49,482 nt of DNA, from NCBI GenBank assembly GCA_001642005.1, contig LWCA01000133.1, positions 1-49,482 of the forward strand, given 5' to 3'. The notes under the pieces are model-generated. The model did no database searches and was not told the origin of the DNA. It saw only the letters and a list, made by a program, of their open reading frames with translations. This document shows positions 26,048 to 39,765 of this stretch, piece after piece (within the stretch, counting starts at the first letter, position 1; each line of letters begins with the position of its first letter). The DNA is from Intoshia linei. Its lineage: Eukaryota; Animalia; Orthonectida. The translations under genes and the position numbers were made by a program.

Positions 26048-28513
26048 TTATATTTGTTCGATCGCATCAATTGGTGTGTCTACTTGGCACTGCAAGGTGG
26101 ATATTTAAACTCAACAAAAATTATCGTAAGAAAAGTTAGACTATATTACTGATTTTGGTGATTTGCTCGTGGAGGGAATGTGTCCAATGGAATCCTAAAT
26201 AAATAACCTATATGTTTTCATTTAAAATATACTCTTTGTATGGTTATGGATGATTTAATCATTTTTGGTTTGACTGATTCTGGTGGATCACGATTTGTGT
26301 CCTGAATGGATACGTTTAAATCAAGTAATTTTGTAATATTACATTGCTTATATGAATGATATCTTTGTGATGAATGACATCTGCACTAATTTTTTCAGAT
26401 TCACAAATGTCACTTCCATATGGATCATAAAACAGTGTTTCTTCTGTTTCTGGGTACATCTAATTACATTAAAAAACTTGGCATGATATTATTGTTACCT
26501 CATACAGTTCCAATATTTCTAAAGTTTTGGGTATTTCCAATATGTCTCGAAGAGACTGTGTTTCAGCTTCAGGCATCAATTTCTAGTGTAAATATTAAAA
26601 ATAAAAATTATTTCAAAAATACCATATCTGAAACAAGTTGTTTTCGATCGTTTCTTTTTAAATTTGCGAATTTAAATCCACTATTTCGCCAATACGTATA
26701 AGTACCGGTTGGTAGTTTATTATTTACTACACTGTCAATTGATTCTACCAATCCAATTTTCTAATTTAAAAATAGTTAACAATTATCAATTAAATAGAAT
26801 TTAAATACATGATTATATTTTGGTTCTTCAACAAGAATTACACTTGGTTTGGCTGCAAATGTTTCTATTCTATCACATTCTACACGTGCCTTCGCATCTA
26901 CAATTATGTAAGTTATAAACATTAAATGCAAAAATTAATATAAGCGAAAATACTTTCGAAATTTTCAATTTTATTAATGTTTCTTTTTGCACCTCGGCGA
27001 TAATTTGATACATCCCTAAATACACTATAATAAACTATTAGATTTTTGAGATACACGTATTCATTTAAATAATTGTACAAATGTCTGGCTTGAAGGGCAT
27101 CCTTTAGTTTATATTTATGACTATATATAACAGTTTGATCATGATGAACGTTTTGGTTAAATACACGTACAATCTTAGAAAATCTGTGTTTCTGCATTTC
27201 CAACCTCCTTAAATTATCGAAAGGTATTTTATAATCTATCAAGTTTTTGTTATAAACACGAATTTCTCGAGCTGTTACGTATAGTTTCCTGATTTCGTTT
27301 TCATAGTTCTAGTGTTTAAATCGTACAAGTATGAATATTAACATTAAATTACCAAAACTTTAAAGGAAGATTCTTCTCCATAAATTCTCAGTTTAGAGGC
27401 CAATTGTACATATTTTCTAACAGCGTATTGATCGTAACACCTAAATGTATATTTTAATATATATTATAAAAATAACTACTGGATTTCAGCCAAATAATGT
27501 TTAGTGTTTTGGATAAATGTATTGCGAATTTTGTCCTCAATAATTTCATTGTACAAAGAAATAATATATCCATCTAAATCCATGCTATTTTTTTCAATTT
27601 CGTCAAATGAAGCACATATATAAAGGGCATTTAGATAGCATTTATTATGCAGAGAACATGGTTTTGCTTTCTTAACGTAAACTCTATTGGTATAATCAAT
27701 ACAATGTATATTAAGTTTACCCAATTTTATTTATTTGTCGATGAATATACTCCATTATATACCCTCTGTAAAAATTAAATTATTATAAATTTTTATGGAT
27801 ATTAATAAATTATTATCTATTTATGTATACATTACATTGTTTCGGTATTTTTTTGATTAATTTCAGCATAAAGGGGAAAGTATTTTATTTCCAACATGAC
27901 AGTCCATTGCCTATGATCTACGAAAAATTGTGATACAGACAAATTAAAACTAACTTATGCCTTTTTGATCTTTTAGCAGTTTGTTTTTATCAATCCAATA
28001 CTAATAATATTAATAAGGTATATAAAAACGTTTTTTTATGTTGCGTAATAATTTAGTTTTAGTCCGCGATAAATTTTATAATTTATTACCGGTTTGCCGT
28101 GAAAAAAATGTGGGAACCCCTGATTCTAATTTAAATATTAATAGAAAAGTGCAACTTTAGGAACTCCTGATATAGACAATATTATTACATATTTATCAAA
28201 AGTTTACATTTGTACAAAGTACATTAATAGTACTTTAATAATAAATAATAATAAATAATAATAAATTTACTTTAAAATCATTTTCCAAATAATACAAACT
28301 GAATATATCCTTGTTACAGATTCCATGATAATCACATGCAGTCGTGACCAAATAATCTGCAGTTTGATCCATCTACATTTAAGTTTATTTGATACATTTA
28401 TCAAGTTTATTAAATGATGGAATTACATCTGCGTGTAGTGTAACGGCTACTTTGTCTATGTGATGAATTGTAATGACACATGTCCTTTGCAAATTTTTAT
28501 ATTCCACAACCAT
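26048..28513 (-). CDS. FERM (band 4.1) domain protein, many micro-introns
   Basis: IFSLYY...YWIDKNKLLKDQ...VMLEIKYFP (FERM-N), AVRKYVQLASKLRIYG (end of FERM-M), KIPFDNLRRLEMQKHRF (FERM-C), acidic tail; subfamily not identified. Confidence 0.75.
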
Positions 28514-29527
28514 TATTTTTAATGTAATTTCCTAACTATCCTAGACAATAAATTATCAAAACCCACACTTTGTAAATATTTATTTGTTGATATAAGAAGC
28601 ATACTTTTTAAATATTTACTTATTTAATTGACTAGTTCTTAAGAGCAGCATGCTTCTTAAATGTACAGTGTATGTGAATAAAAAGTTAAATAAAAATTAA
28701 GTTTTCATCATTCCTAAAGTTTATTACATCAATTTTAGTGATCTGCCTAATATGACACACCATTTGAGAATGTATTATACTGAAGGTGAGGAAATTGCGA
28801 CCTTCTGAGCAATTTTAAATATTTGTCACATTGACGATAAACATTAAATAAAAATAGATTTCAACGACCAGTTTTCGGGTCTGCATTATAATGGAAAAAT
28901 TATTATATGTAGTAATTAAGTAGTAAGTACATTGTATTTGTAATATAAAAATCTAATCAATATAAGACATACACATATGAAATGTATGCTATATGCAAAT
29001 TTCATACTTAAGTATTAGTCATATTGTTGTTCCATGATTATTGATTTATTATTATACATTTTTGTGATTTCCAGTCCAATTCCATTCATAAAATCATCTT
29101 GTTTGCATTTTTGCATGACCAATAAAGATTTTAATATTTTAAAAGTATTATATACTAAAAAGCGTATTTTTAGCGGATATCAATGTTTATATCCATTTTT
29201 TAATCCAATTCCATAAATTAAATCACGTTATCTGCATTTTCGCATGAAGAATAAGATTTTAAACGTCATAAATGAACAGATTGGGAACCAATATTCCTAC
29301 ATATTTGAAAATAATTGTAATAATAATTAATTTAATTAACCTTTTATACACTTTAATAGTTTTTTTTACATGAAAAATAAATAATTCTCAAATTTTTTAA
29401 AAAATATGACACCCAAAATATGATAAAAATATAATGAATATAATATTCACAATGTATTATTAATAATATATTTAATATAATAAAAATATGAATACATTGT
29501 ACAATCATTATTTAATAAATTTCAAGT

Positions 29528-32500
29528 TTATATGGCATATTGAGACAAATCATTAGAATTAACTAACATTTCTTGGATCATGGTAATTGCTTCAGTAATA
29601 ATAGTTCTAGTTTTGATTGTAGAATTAACTTTTTCTTCCTCTTCTTGTGAAAGCTTCATTAAAAATTCCTAAATATAAACCACATGAAAAATTATAAAAT
29701 TTTGACAGTATTTTATAACTAGAGGTGTCAATAGAATTGCTGTTATCAAAACTATTACTTATAATCAATTTTTTTATTGATATGTCGTGATTGCCCTATT
29801 AATTAGTGAATAATACTAAACAAAATCGTAATAATAATTTTAATTGATTTTGAAGAAGTCTTGAATTATTCTTCAATATAATTATAATATAGAATTATTA
29901 TAATGGTTTTTCGATAATGAATATTGCAAAATTAAAATTTGAAGTACATTTAATGTTGAGGTACCAGTAAAACTAGCATTCTTATTGTTTATAACAAGTA
30001 ATGATATTAAATGTATACCCAAAAGAATTGTTTTAATAAATTTAAAAATAAACATAAAAAGTTATTAATTATAATGGATTCTACAAATATAAATATTTAT
30101 AACAAAAAATATTAAACAATATTGTAAATGGCAACAAAAAAACCTTCCGATGAAATATATTTTATATTACTTTAAAATTGTTGATTGTTTTGTTGTGTAA
30201 ATTATAGCAACAATAATGTTCTCAAATGCAATCAGAAGCAAATTAGATATTTGGGATAATGCGTCACGTTTAAAAAGAATGGATATTTTAAATAGTTTTA
30301 TGAAAGAATATGAAGAAAAAGTAATAACCGAATTAGAAAGTTCTTTTGAGAACGCTGCATCTTTATTCTTTACAAGAATAGTGACATGGATTCGTTTGAC
30401 GTACATGTGTGGGGATAAAATATTTTACGATAAAAATAGCAAAAGTCGAAATAATAAAACATATCTATTCATACAATTAAAAGCGATAAAAATATTTTTC
30501 ATGTCTACATATGGAAATGAATATATAGAACAATTTATCAGCATGGGAGGCGTACTGACATTATTAGAAATCGTCAACCTAAAAAATATCTCTGAAAATT
30601 CCAAACAGCAGGCCTTACTGCAAGTTTTAATAATTGGTAATAAGGGTAGAAAATATAAAGAACTTATATGTCAGTCATATGGTGTACGATCTGTTGCTGA
30701 ATGTTTAGCGATAGCCAAATTAGATGAAACTCAAAATTTATGCTCAACATGCTTACACTCATTCAGCGATAACAATCCTAAATATCAATTGCAAGTTTAC
30801 AAAGGTCTCATTGCTCTTTTACCCTGTAAATCACCAAGAGCACAACAAACTTCTTTATATTTGTTGAGATTTGTTCAACCTCAATTGACTGAAGTTTCTT
30901 CTGTCATGATAGATCCCCTTTTAGGTGTTTTACAATCAATGCACCTAGAAGTTCAATATGAATGTTATGAATTTCTTAAAATATTGATGCAATACAAATC
31001 AGTAAGATGTGAAATTTTAAAAGGCCTTGTCAAATTACTGATACCAAAAAAATCTGAAATTTTAAAATTCAATTTGCAACAAAAAAAGCAAAATGAAATT
31101 GATCAAAACCTCAACGATGGTAAAAAAACACCATGCATAACAAAACCAATGCCAATTCTTGTTCAGCAAGCTTCTGCAGCAAAATCCATATTAATTTTAG
31201 CAAAAGAGTCAAAATCCATTGCAGAATGTCTTTTAAAATTTAATGTAATTATTATTTACAATGTTAAATCAAAATTTTCTAAACCAACTCTGTCCTGATT
31301 ATAATTATTATCTAATTATAATTGTTATTATTATAATTAGAACCAGAGACTTAAATAACTCAAAAGCATAATTATCAATTTGATCTTGATATGAATTTTA
31401 TCACAATTATGAATTTAAAATATGCATAGGCAAATTAATTGCACTAAGATTTACTTAACATGTGAATGTAAAAATTATCTTAATTATAAGTCATTTTTAA
31501 CAATAAATGAAATAAGACGGTATACATAATTAGTGGTCCATCAATTTTCTCTAAATAAAGTAACCACGTGTTTAAAAAATAAGTCTTTATAATAAGCAAC
31601 AGTACGCCGTATAAATTAAGATTATAAAATGTTATTTTTTGGGCATTGTTATATAAATTAATTAATATTTTTTATCAATTATATCAACCCTTGAGTGTGT
31701 TTTGGAGATATTTTGAGAATATTAGCCTTGAAGTGTAAAGTTTAAAATCTACATTGTACTGATTTTGTATAATTAACTAAAGTTATAATAGGTTGTTCAC
31801 AATCTCATGATAGCCATGTCAAATACGGAAAATATAGATTCACAAAGAAATGCAAGTGTCACATTACATTATTTTAAAGAAAAATATGTTAGTGTGGCAG
31901 AAATACTATTGGATACGATGGGATCTAGTTTGTACACCATGTTTGTTAATTCACCCGAAGATTTGTACAATCAATTAGACCCTGTTCAAATTGATGTTTT
32001 GGCAAATAACAGAATAAATAAAATTAATAATAATTAATAAATTTTACCGGGTTGTTAATAGACAATAATTTTATTAATAATGAATTTTCTAAAAATTCTT
32101 TAATCTAAAAAAAATATATTTTCCTAGATTATGCAGTAAGTAATATGAAGATAACAAACTATAAATGTGTAATTATTCATCCATGCCCGTAATTGATAAG
32201 TAATGAGTGAAAAAATGAAACCAGTGTACTAAATTTTAAATCTGAAAACAAATTTCCCCACATATCTCTGCAAAAAATTGAAACCAATCACAAACTCCTA
32301 CTCGTCCAAGTTAAACTGAAAGTCAGAATATTATATTATTGTAATAATAGAAATTATAAATTTACCAAAAAATCCACTCACCATAGACATAAACATAGCA
32401 AAAACACAAATACACAAAAAAATTCAAGATAGATTGTTAGCACTTATTCGATAAAAATTACCTGATTTATAAGAGAAGAAACAATAATTTTTGGTATTAA

Positions 32501-35500
32501 ATCTCGTAATTGTTCGAGTAATATCTAAAAATGAAAAAAATATTAAAACGATTGAAAATTTACATTCATGTAAGCTTCTACGAGATCTCTAACTTGTTCA
32601 ACATTTTCACGATTAAATGAATTATAGTTATCTTTCTAAATTATAATGATTATAAAAATTTTTTATGATAAACATTAATAATATAACCTACCTACGGTAG
32701 TTTTAAGAACTGTGGCTGTAAAAATGTATATTATAATATTATATATTCTTGTATTAGTATTAGTGCTTAATTATCATTTTCGAATAAAATTTTTGTCGTA
32801 CAATTTTACAAATTACGATATTTTCAAAATTTTAGATCACGGTATTCTTTTAACATTATGATAATTACAATTTTTTGTAGTTTTTTAGAGTTATTCAATA
32901 AAGGACGTTCCATTTCATCATCACAGAAAACACCACACCTATTAAAACATTTAAGCCATTCCATTCCTTTCAATCTTGTCGACGGAGTAAATTTCAAATA
33001 ATTTATGTCGTTTGATATATTTCTATAATAATGTGTTTACAAAATAATAATTTTTACATTAGTTTAGTTTACAAGTCATGTTTAACAAAAATATAAAAAT
33101 TAGGGAATTCCGTTACTAGAAATTTTTAAGATATAATATGTTAAAAGGTTATTATTTACTGATATTAGGCATTGCGAATAATAAATAAAATCAATGTGAA
33201 TATTTGTATATGAGTAAAATGTCAATACTAAAAGGGAAAGAGTTACGAAATTTTTTAAAATATAAATATCACTTTAATTTTAATAATCAGTTTCAATCTT
33301 TAAAAAAGTTAACTATACACTTACTTACTGTACTTGATAAAAAATTACTCTCCATTAGATTTTTTCAATTTAATGCTACGTGTGGAAATCAAATTCATTT
33401 TTGACAATGTTATACTTAAATCATCCAAATCGATTTCGTAATCTGCGTAAGAAGAAGACTAAAATGATTATTAGTTCCACGTAGTATATTTTATTTAACT
33501 TATAACATTTGTACCACCAATATAAAACCAAATATTCAGAAATAACTTATGGAGAGCAGCTTCATTGATTGAAATATGGAGTTCATGAACCAACTAATGA
33601 ATAAATCTTTTCTCAAAGGGTGTTCAGTAAGAAAAAATCTATATTATAAAAAATGATTATAATTTTTTGCGAATTAGTAAATAAATTAACAATTATTAAT
33701 TTTTGTGCTTTCAAAATTTTTATTTTGCGTTGTCAATTATACATTTCCTACATATTGTAATTTTCGTATACGATGAGTGGTGATTACTCACAGTTATGAT
33801 AACAAACCCTGTTAAAATAATATACACTATTTTTACAATTTTAATTACAATAATATTAATTATTTTTATTGAATTAAATTAAAATTTTACAATTATAGTT
33901 TATAATGTACCTTATTTTTATACAAAAACAATGTATTCTTTGAGAGTTCAGCGTGATATTTGAATTTAAAGCATGGAATAAAGCTACTCATTACAACCAC
34001 ATCTGTGAGTATAATCTATAAAGAAAATAAAAAACATGTAAATAATTCGTTACTCATCATAACATAAGTCATGAGTCATCATAAAGTACAAATAAATTGT
34101 TTTTTTTTTATCAAATAAATAAAAATAAATGTAAATTTTTAATAGAAATTTTTTCTCCACTGTAATACAGAGTAATCTAAAATCATTGAACGTTAATATT
34201 TTTAGTCAATTTTCAATTAACACGTAAACGAGAAACAAGTGAAATGCACCAAATAAAAAAATATAAAAGTAGTGATCAATTTAGATATTCTGATGCATAT
34301 ACCATAACGTAAAGGAAAGAAAATACACATGCTGGTCATTTTAAGGTTATACATATAATTGATATCGTTAGTTATTATCATTAAAATAAATTTTTTCATT
34401 AAATTATAGTGAGTAACATATTAACAGCAGACTGGCTATAGCAGTAATATTATTTCATCAATGATTAAATTATTTAATATTACGTCTTCTGAATCTTTGG
34501 GTTCATCCAATTCTTTCTTGTTTAGTCTACATTATAGTATATTTTTCTGATTAATTAATTAATGTTGTATAATTAACGGAGTCACTAATTAACTGAATGG
34601 AGTCATTACTGTAACACTGGACGTAATCCCTGGTATATGTTATATATCAGTGGTATCCAGGCTTTAAAACCTATAATCCCAAGTAAAAATATTTTTCTTA
34701 GATATATTTTGAAACGTAAAGTCTATAAATTAAAAAAATTATATACAAAGGGTTTTCATGGTGAAACCTTATTAAGATTTAAAAAAATTAGGCTAACCTT
34801 AAATAAAGGTTAACCTTTATCCCACCAATCTTCCCAAAATTGAACATGTTTCTCAGTTATTGTTTACAGTACATTGTTAATTGTTTACTAAATATTTTAT
34901 CAAATCATATAAAATCTATATTATTATGAATCATCACAGAGAAAAATGTATATTTTATATCTATTACAATGAATCAATGCATATGTTCATATTTTATTTT
35001 GATATAAAGCAGAGTGTCAAATATGCATCCCATTTCAAATTTTAGAGCGACCCAACACGACTTCGTATACGTGATATATATTATGTACTTTATACAACTC
35101 ATATAAAATACTTAATTCAAATTTTAAACTTTTTTCGTGATAAGGCATAGAAAGGTTTATTTTAACTTTGTTCATTATTTTTTTAAAAACATTTTTGTTC
35201 TAATATGCTTAAAAACATATTAATTGGATTTAAAACTACACAGATATAAAAACCACAAAAACGTTGACACCCTAATGTACGCATAGTGTAAATTATATTT
35301 TTCATATATAATAATTATTTTTTGTAAAGTTAAAGGTGAAGAAAATTGACGATATAAAACATAAAAATTGGATTCAAGATTTATTTAAATTATTAACATG
35401 TACATATTAAATTAATAACTTATTTTATAGTTGTATAATTTTACATTATAAAATTAAGAATAAACATGTTCGGTACTATCATGCTTACCGGTAGAAAACA

Positions 35501-38500
35501 TTCAAATTTAGTTTAATAGAAAAGTATAGGAGATTAGTGATAATGACTTCCCGGGAAAAAATAATCTCCATTAATTGTTTGTAATTCATTGTATATAAAA
35601 TGAATGATAGCATTTGTTTTTAATAAGTTTATGTCGGCCTTACTCAATGCCATGATACCAATCTTAACCGGTTTTAGAGTATGAGAAATATATAGCTACA
35701 TCTAAAAATCCATTATTCCGCATAAATGATAAGTTTAGATCATTTAAAGCAGTTATTACTGAATCCGATACTTTTAGAAATCGATCCAACATAGTTGCAA
35801 TACTGTTCCATCTCGTCGGGGCATCCACATTTATAATTACGTACTTATGTATTTTATAAAATGCCTACTTATCAACAAAATATCACACTGTTAATATTTA
35901 TTTGTCAATATTGTCTGTGCCGTTTTTACGTTAAATATTATAATTTAATCATATTTTCATAGTAATAACAAACATAAATCAAATACAGGTATGTCTCAAT
36001 TTTTTTCGGAAAATCCCGGAAATTTTGTTTCGGCTTTTTTCACCAGTATAATCACTATGGGAGACCACAAAAAATTTTTTATTGTGATTTATGAAGTAAT
36101 AATAGTGTAGTACTACATTATTGATATGAAATGTATATTTCTATTTTCATTGATTAAAACAATTAATTTAGTAATAGTTTTCACGTGAAATAAAAATAAG
36201 AGAAATTGCCAGGTAATAATTTTTTTATCATTTGACCTTTAGCAAAATAAACCTGACACTCCTGATATACAGATTATATTATAATTTAAAAATTAAAAAT
36301 ATTTTAATTTACATTTTCGCCATAGAGGGATGCTTGGTATTAACATAAGAAGATTGAATTTTAATTAACTTTTGTATAAAACTGATACAATCGATTTCAC
36401 TTAAACGGATTTGATCAGTGAGTATTCGATCAGTTTCAGAAAACAGGTTGGGATACAAATTCATCTAATAAATATTAAAATCTTTGTAATACATAATTAT
36501 ATTAAAATTACATAGTTTATACAATATTTTATTGAAGAATCCATGATAATGGATGTAATTTCTGATAAAATTTGTAATGAAGGATCTAATAATTGGTTGA
36601 TTCTATTTTTAACTATTGTCTCAAAAGCCAAATCAGGTATAAATATACCAACTCTATAAATTGTATTTTATAATATAATTAAATTTGAAAAAAACCTTAA
36701 ACCATGAAAATTTTTAATAGCTGTTTCAATTTCTTTGCGAATATCTTGTTCATTTTCCTCCCGATATTTCAAACAGTCGATGAATTTACAATGAAAAATA
36801 TTGTATATTTTGACTCCTGCAGATTCTTCTAATATTTTTACATTCCCGAGTCCCTCTATGTCTAATTTGAATTCTCTTGATACTTGGTTCACAATGCTAC
36901 CAAAACGGTTCAAATAATTATTAAATATGATTTTAACAATTTTAAATTAAACTAAATTTTCCATTTGATTAATATTATCAAGCTTGGAAAATTAATAATT
37001 AGTAAATAAGAAAAATGTTACCTAGTCATGGCGTGAATAAATCCAGATGAAGACTTTTTAGCGTCTGAATCAAACATGTAATTATATTTTTTTAGGAATT
37101 CAGATAATTGTTCTCGTTTTTTTATTAAATCGTAACGAATTAAAGGAAATAATTTTTTGACTTTATCAGATAATAATTTAATTATATATTTTTGTAAGTA
37201 TATGGATCCTAAACGTGCTGATATATCTCTAAAATATCATGTATTATTGTTAAAATGCTATAATTATACAACACAACAATATCATTTATACAAAAACATT
37301 CAGATAATATTTAAACATAAACAGGTATAGTACGTAGATTTTATGGTAATTATAATATTTCAATTCATACATGTATCTAAATTTTTTCTGTAACTGTTAA
37401 AAAATAAAAATTCAAAAAAAAACTAAGTAAATGTTAAAATGTACAATATTTAAATATCATACGTATATCCCAAATTTTCATCAAAAAATTTTTTTTCATC
37501 TTCTCGACAATCATTCATAGATTTCTCTATATTAATGTCATTTTGACTTCTATTTACAACTGCAAAGTAACCTAAAATTACATTCATAAATAATTATAAT
37601 TATAATAAAAAGGAATAATACTGTCACCAAATAAATATATTTCGGATTGACAATTAATAAGGAGTATAAACAATGAAATGTCCAATATTACCATGTTTCA
37701 TAGGTATAACTTGATTATCTAAAATATCTCGCGCATTGGTACCCTTATCCATCAGATCTAGTTTTGTTAATACAGGTATGGTTCTTTGACCTAAGTAACA
37801 GTGTCATTAATAATAAACATAAACTTACCATTTGGGTCTACTGTTTTGGCCAGCTGAAGAGAATCAGCATTAGCCAAATCAGTATTTGCAGCGCAAATGG
37901 CTAATATTATTGTTTCTGGAGGTTTTATAAATGATTCAACCATAGCTTTAATCAGCATGGGTAAATCTTTAGGCTGGTTGGGCAATGACTACAAATATTC
38001 GAATGTATATATTGGATAATGTATATATACCAATTTGGTTAAACCGGGTAAATCGATCATAGTAAGAGTTAAAACTACAATGAAGTTTTTAAAATATAGC
38101 TACATGTATAACTAACCTTGAGGTGAATAAATAGTCAAATTAATAGGTAATGATGAAACTGTTCCAAGTTTGCAGATACGTTCAGTTTCATTAATAATTT
38201 CCTGTCGAACATCGCTAAAATTCGTAAATTTTTCATTAGTATGAGAAAATTGAGCATATTCTACAGTAATTATCGTATTAATATATATCTTCTTATTAAA
38301 ACCTTCATTATTTGTGATTAAATTTAAACGTAACGGCCTTCTAGTAACAATCCCGGTACCACGGGGTAAAAAATCTCTAAGAAATGTGAATTTACCAGTA
38401 ACATTTATTTACCGTCCCACCAAATTTTCTAGAACTGAACTCTTGCCACTGCTTTGAGAACCAATAACGACAATTTGTGGCAATTTTATGTTGATATCAC

Positions 38501-38564
38501 CTCCAATTTTATCAAAAAGGTGATGTAATTTACTAACCAAAATGATTAGTCCGTCGGCGTCCAT
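29528..38564 (-). CDS. DNM: Classical-type dynamin (GTPase, middle, PH, GED; no PRD)
   Basis: [64 protein letters not shown]; PH exons ~34015-33909, 33458-33346, ~33022-32908; [15 protein letters not shown]...DLIPKII...[10 protein letters not shown]|[10 protein letters not shown]. An alternative spliced end at 29266 is possible. Confidence 0.9.
30216..32037 (+). CDS. ARMH1: Armadillo-like helical domain protein 1 (C1orf228), nested antisense in a dynamin intron
   Basis: Exons 30216-31244 and 31792-32037; [84 protein letters not shown]. Confidence 0.9.
35610..35836 (-). pseudogene. hAT transposase fragment in a dynamin intron
   Basis: [17 protein letters not shown] followed, after a frameshift, by [19 protein letters not shown]; TRWNS is a hallmark hAT motif. 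Confidence 0.85.
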
Positions 38565-38710
38565 TTCGAAAAAAATGGCAATATACTGGGTAAAACTTTA
38601 TTCAGTAAAATTAAATAACTGTATAACGAATGAAAAAAACATCTGTCCTGTGTCAATATAAACAAATTGATATTATAACAATACAACAAAAAATTAATAT
38701 TTTAATAAGC

Positions 38711-39073
38711 TTAATCCGGGCCGCTATTCATGTAAATTTCGTCTGGACTTTTATATTTTTTCCCAATTGTAGTATACTTTGTTCCGATAGGCTCGAGTTG
38801 ATCCGATGTCGGCATTGATTTAACAAATTGATTCAAATCTTTAGAAAAGGGATCAATTGCATTATCAACAGAATCGCCACTAATGCTGTACTGTTTATTA
38901 ATTCTATCTAATTCTTCATATAATACTGGTTGCTTTATTAACGCTTTTTCATCGTTGAATTTAGGTTTTTCTTGAGCAAAATATTTTTTCAAACTCATTG
39001 CATACAAATTTTGAATTGGATCTTTAACCTCTTTCCTTGAAACGTTTCGGATAATTTGAATCAAAAATTTCAT
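38711..39073 (-). CDS. ATP5PF: ATP synthase peripheral stalk subunit F6 (coupling factor 6), intronless
   Basis: Short basic presequence, then DPIQNLYAMSLKKY ... EELDRINKQY, resembling the F6 consensus DPIQKLF..KIREY ... ELxKLxxxY. Confidence 0.72.
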   Translation of the reverse strand: MKFLIQIIRNVSRKEVKDPIQNLYAMSLKKYFAQEKPKFNDEKALIKQPVLYEELDRINKQYSISGDSVDNAIDPFSKDLNQFVKSMPTSDQLEPIGTKYTTIGKKYKSPDEIYMNSGPD

Positions 39074-39765
39074 TTTGTAAATATACAATAAAAAATACTT
39101 TATTTTTTAATTTTATAGTAGTTTTTCTTATTTTAAAATTATATTCTTTCTTTGACTAAGAATCATTGTGGTTACTTAATTAGAGAACAATTTGTTTTTA
39201 ATTGAAAACTGAAACGTCCTTGATAGTCACGTTTTATTTTATTTGTTTTAAAGTTATTAACTCTCCAAAGTAACTTTTTTTTTTAAAAATTTTCCACTTT
39301 TGGAAGATGCACTGAAAAAATAATTAAATTTTATTCAGGTTATTTCCAAGTCCAAACAAAATTCTAATTTTGTCATGTAGATTTAATAAGTCACGTAAAA
39401 GTGTCCTGAATCTTGACAATTAACAATAAACTATATAACAGGAAATATTAGAAAACGCAGTAATCAAAGTTGATATTTATTCAGCAGAGTTTGACAAGAC
39501 TAAAATCTAAATGTTAAATATGTAAATAATTTGAAATATTGTTATTGTTAACGAACAAATCATATTGAAATTGAAAATTAACAAAATTGGTGTCGGTGAC
39601 ATTTGTTGATTGGTAACAAAATTTTACATAACTATAGTTTTAAATAATTTAAAAACTAACAGAAATTTATTATCGCTGTGTAAACTAGATTAAATTTTAA
39701 TGCTGCTACATTTAGCCAAAACTAAATAGTCTTTTTGTATAATAGAAAATCACTGTACATTGAAA

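Noticed and set aside
27919-27961. Possible GC-AG intron in the FERM gene
   Set aside because: A canonical in-phase GT donor 6 nt downstream gives a normal 37-nt intron
30129-30207. Upstream ATG (MATKKPSDE) joined to ARMH1 by a non-canonical or U12 intron
   Set aside because: No ATATCCTT/GTATCCTT donor or U12 branch site; ATG 30216 already fits the homologous N-terminus
34615-34662. Short hairpin resembling a pre-miRNA
   Set aside because: Too short and explained by back-to-back transposon ends
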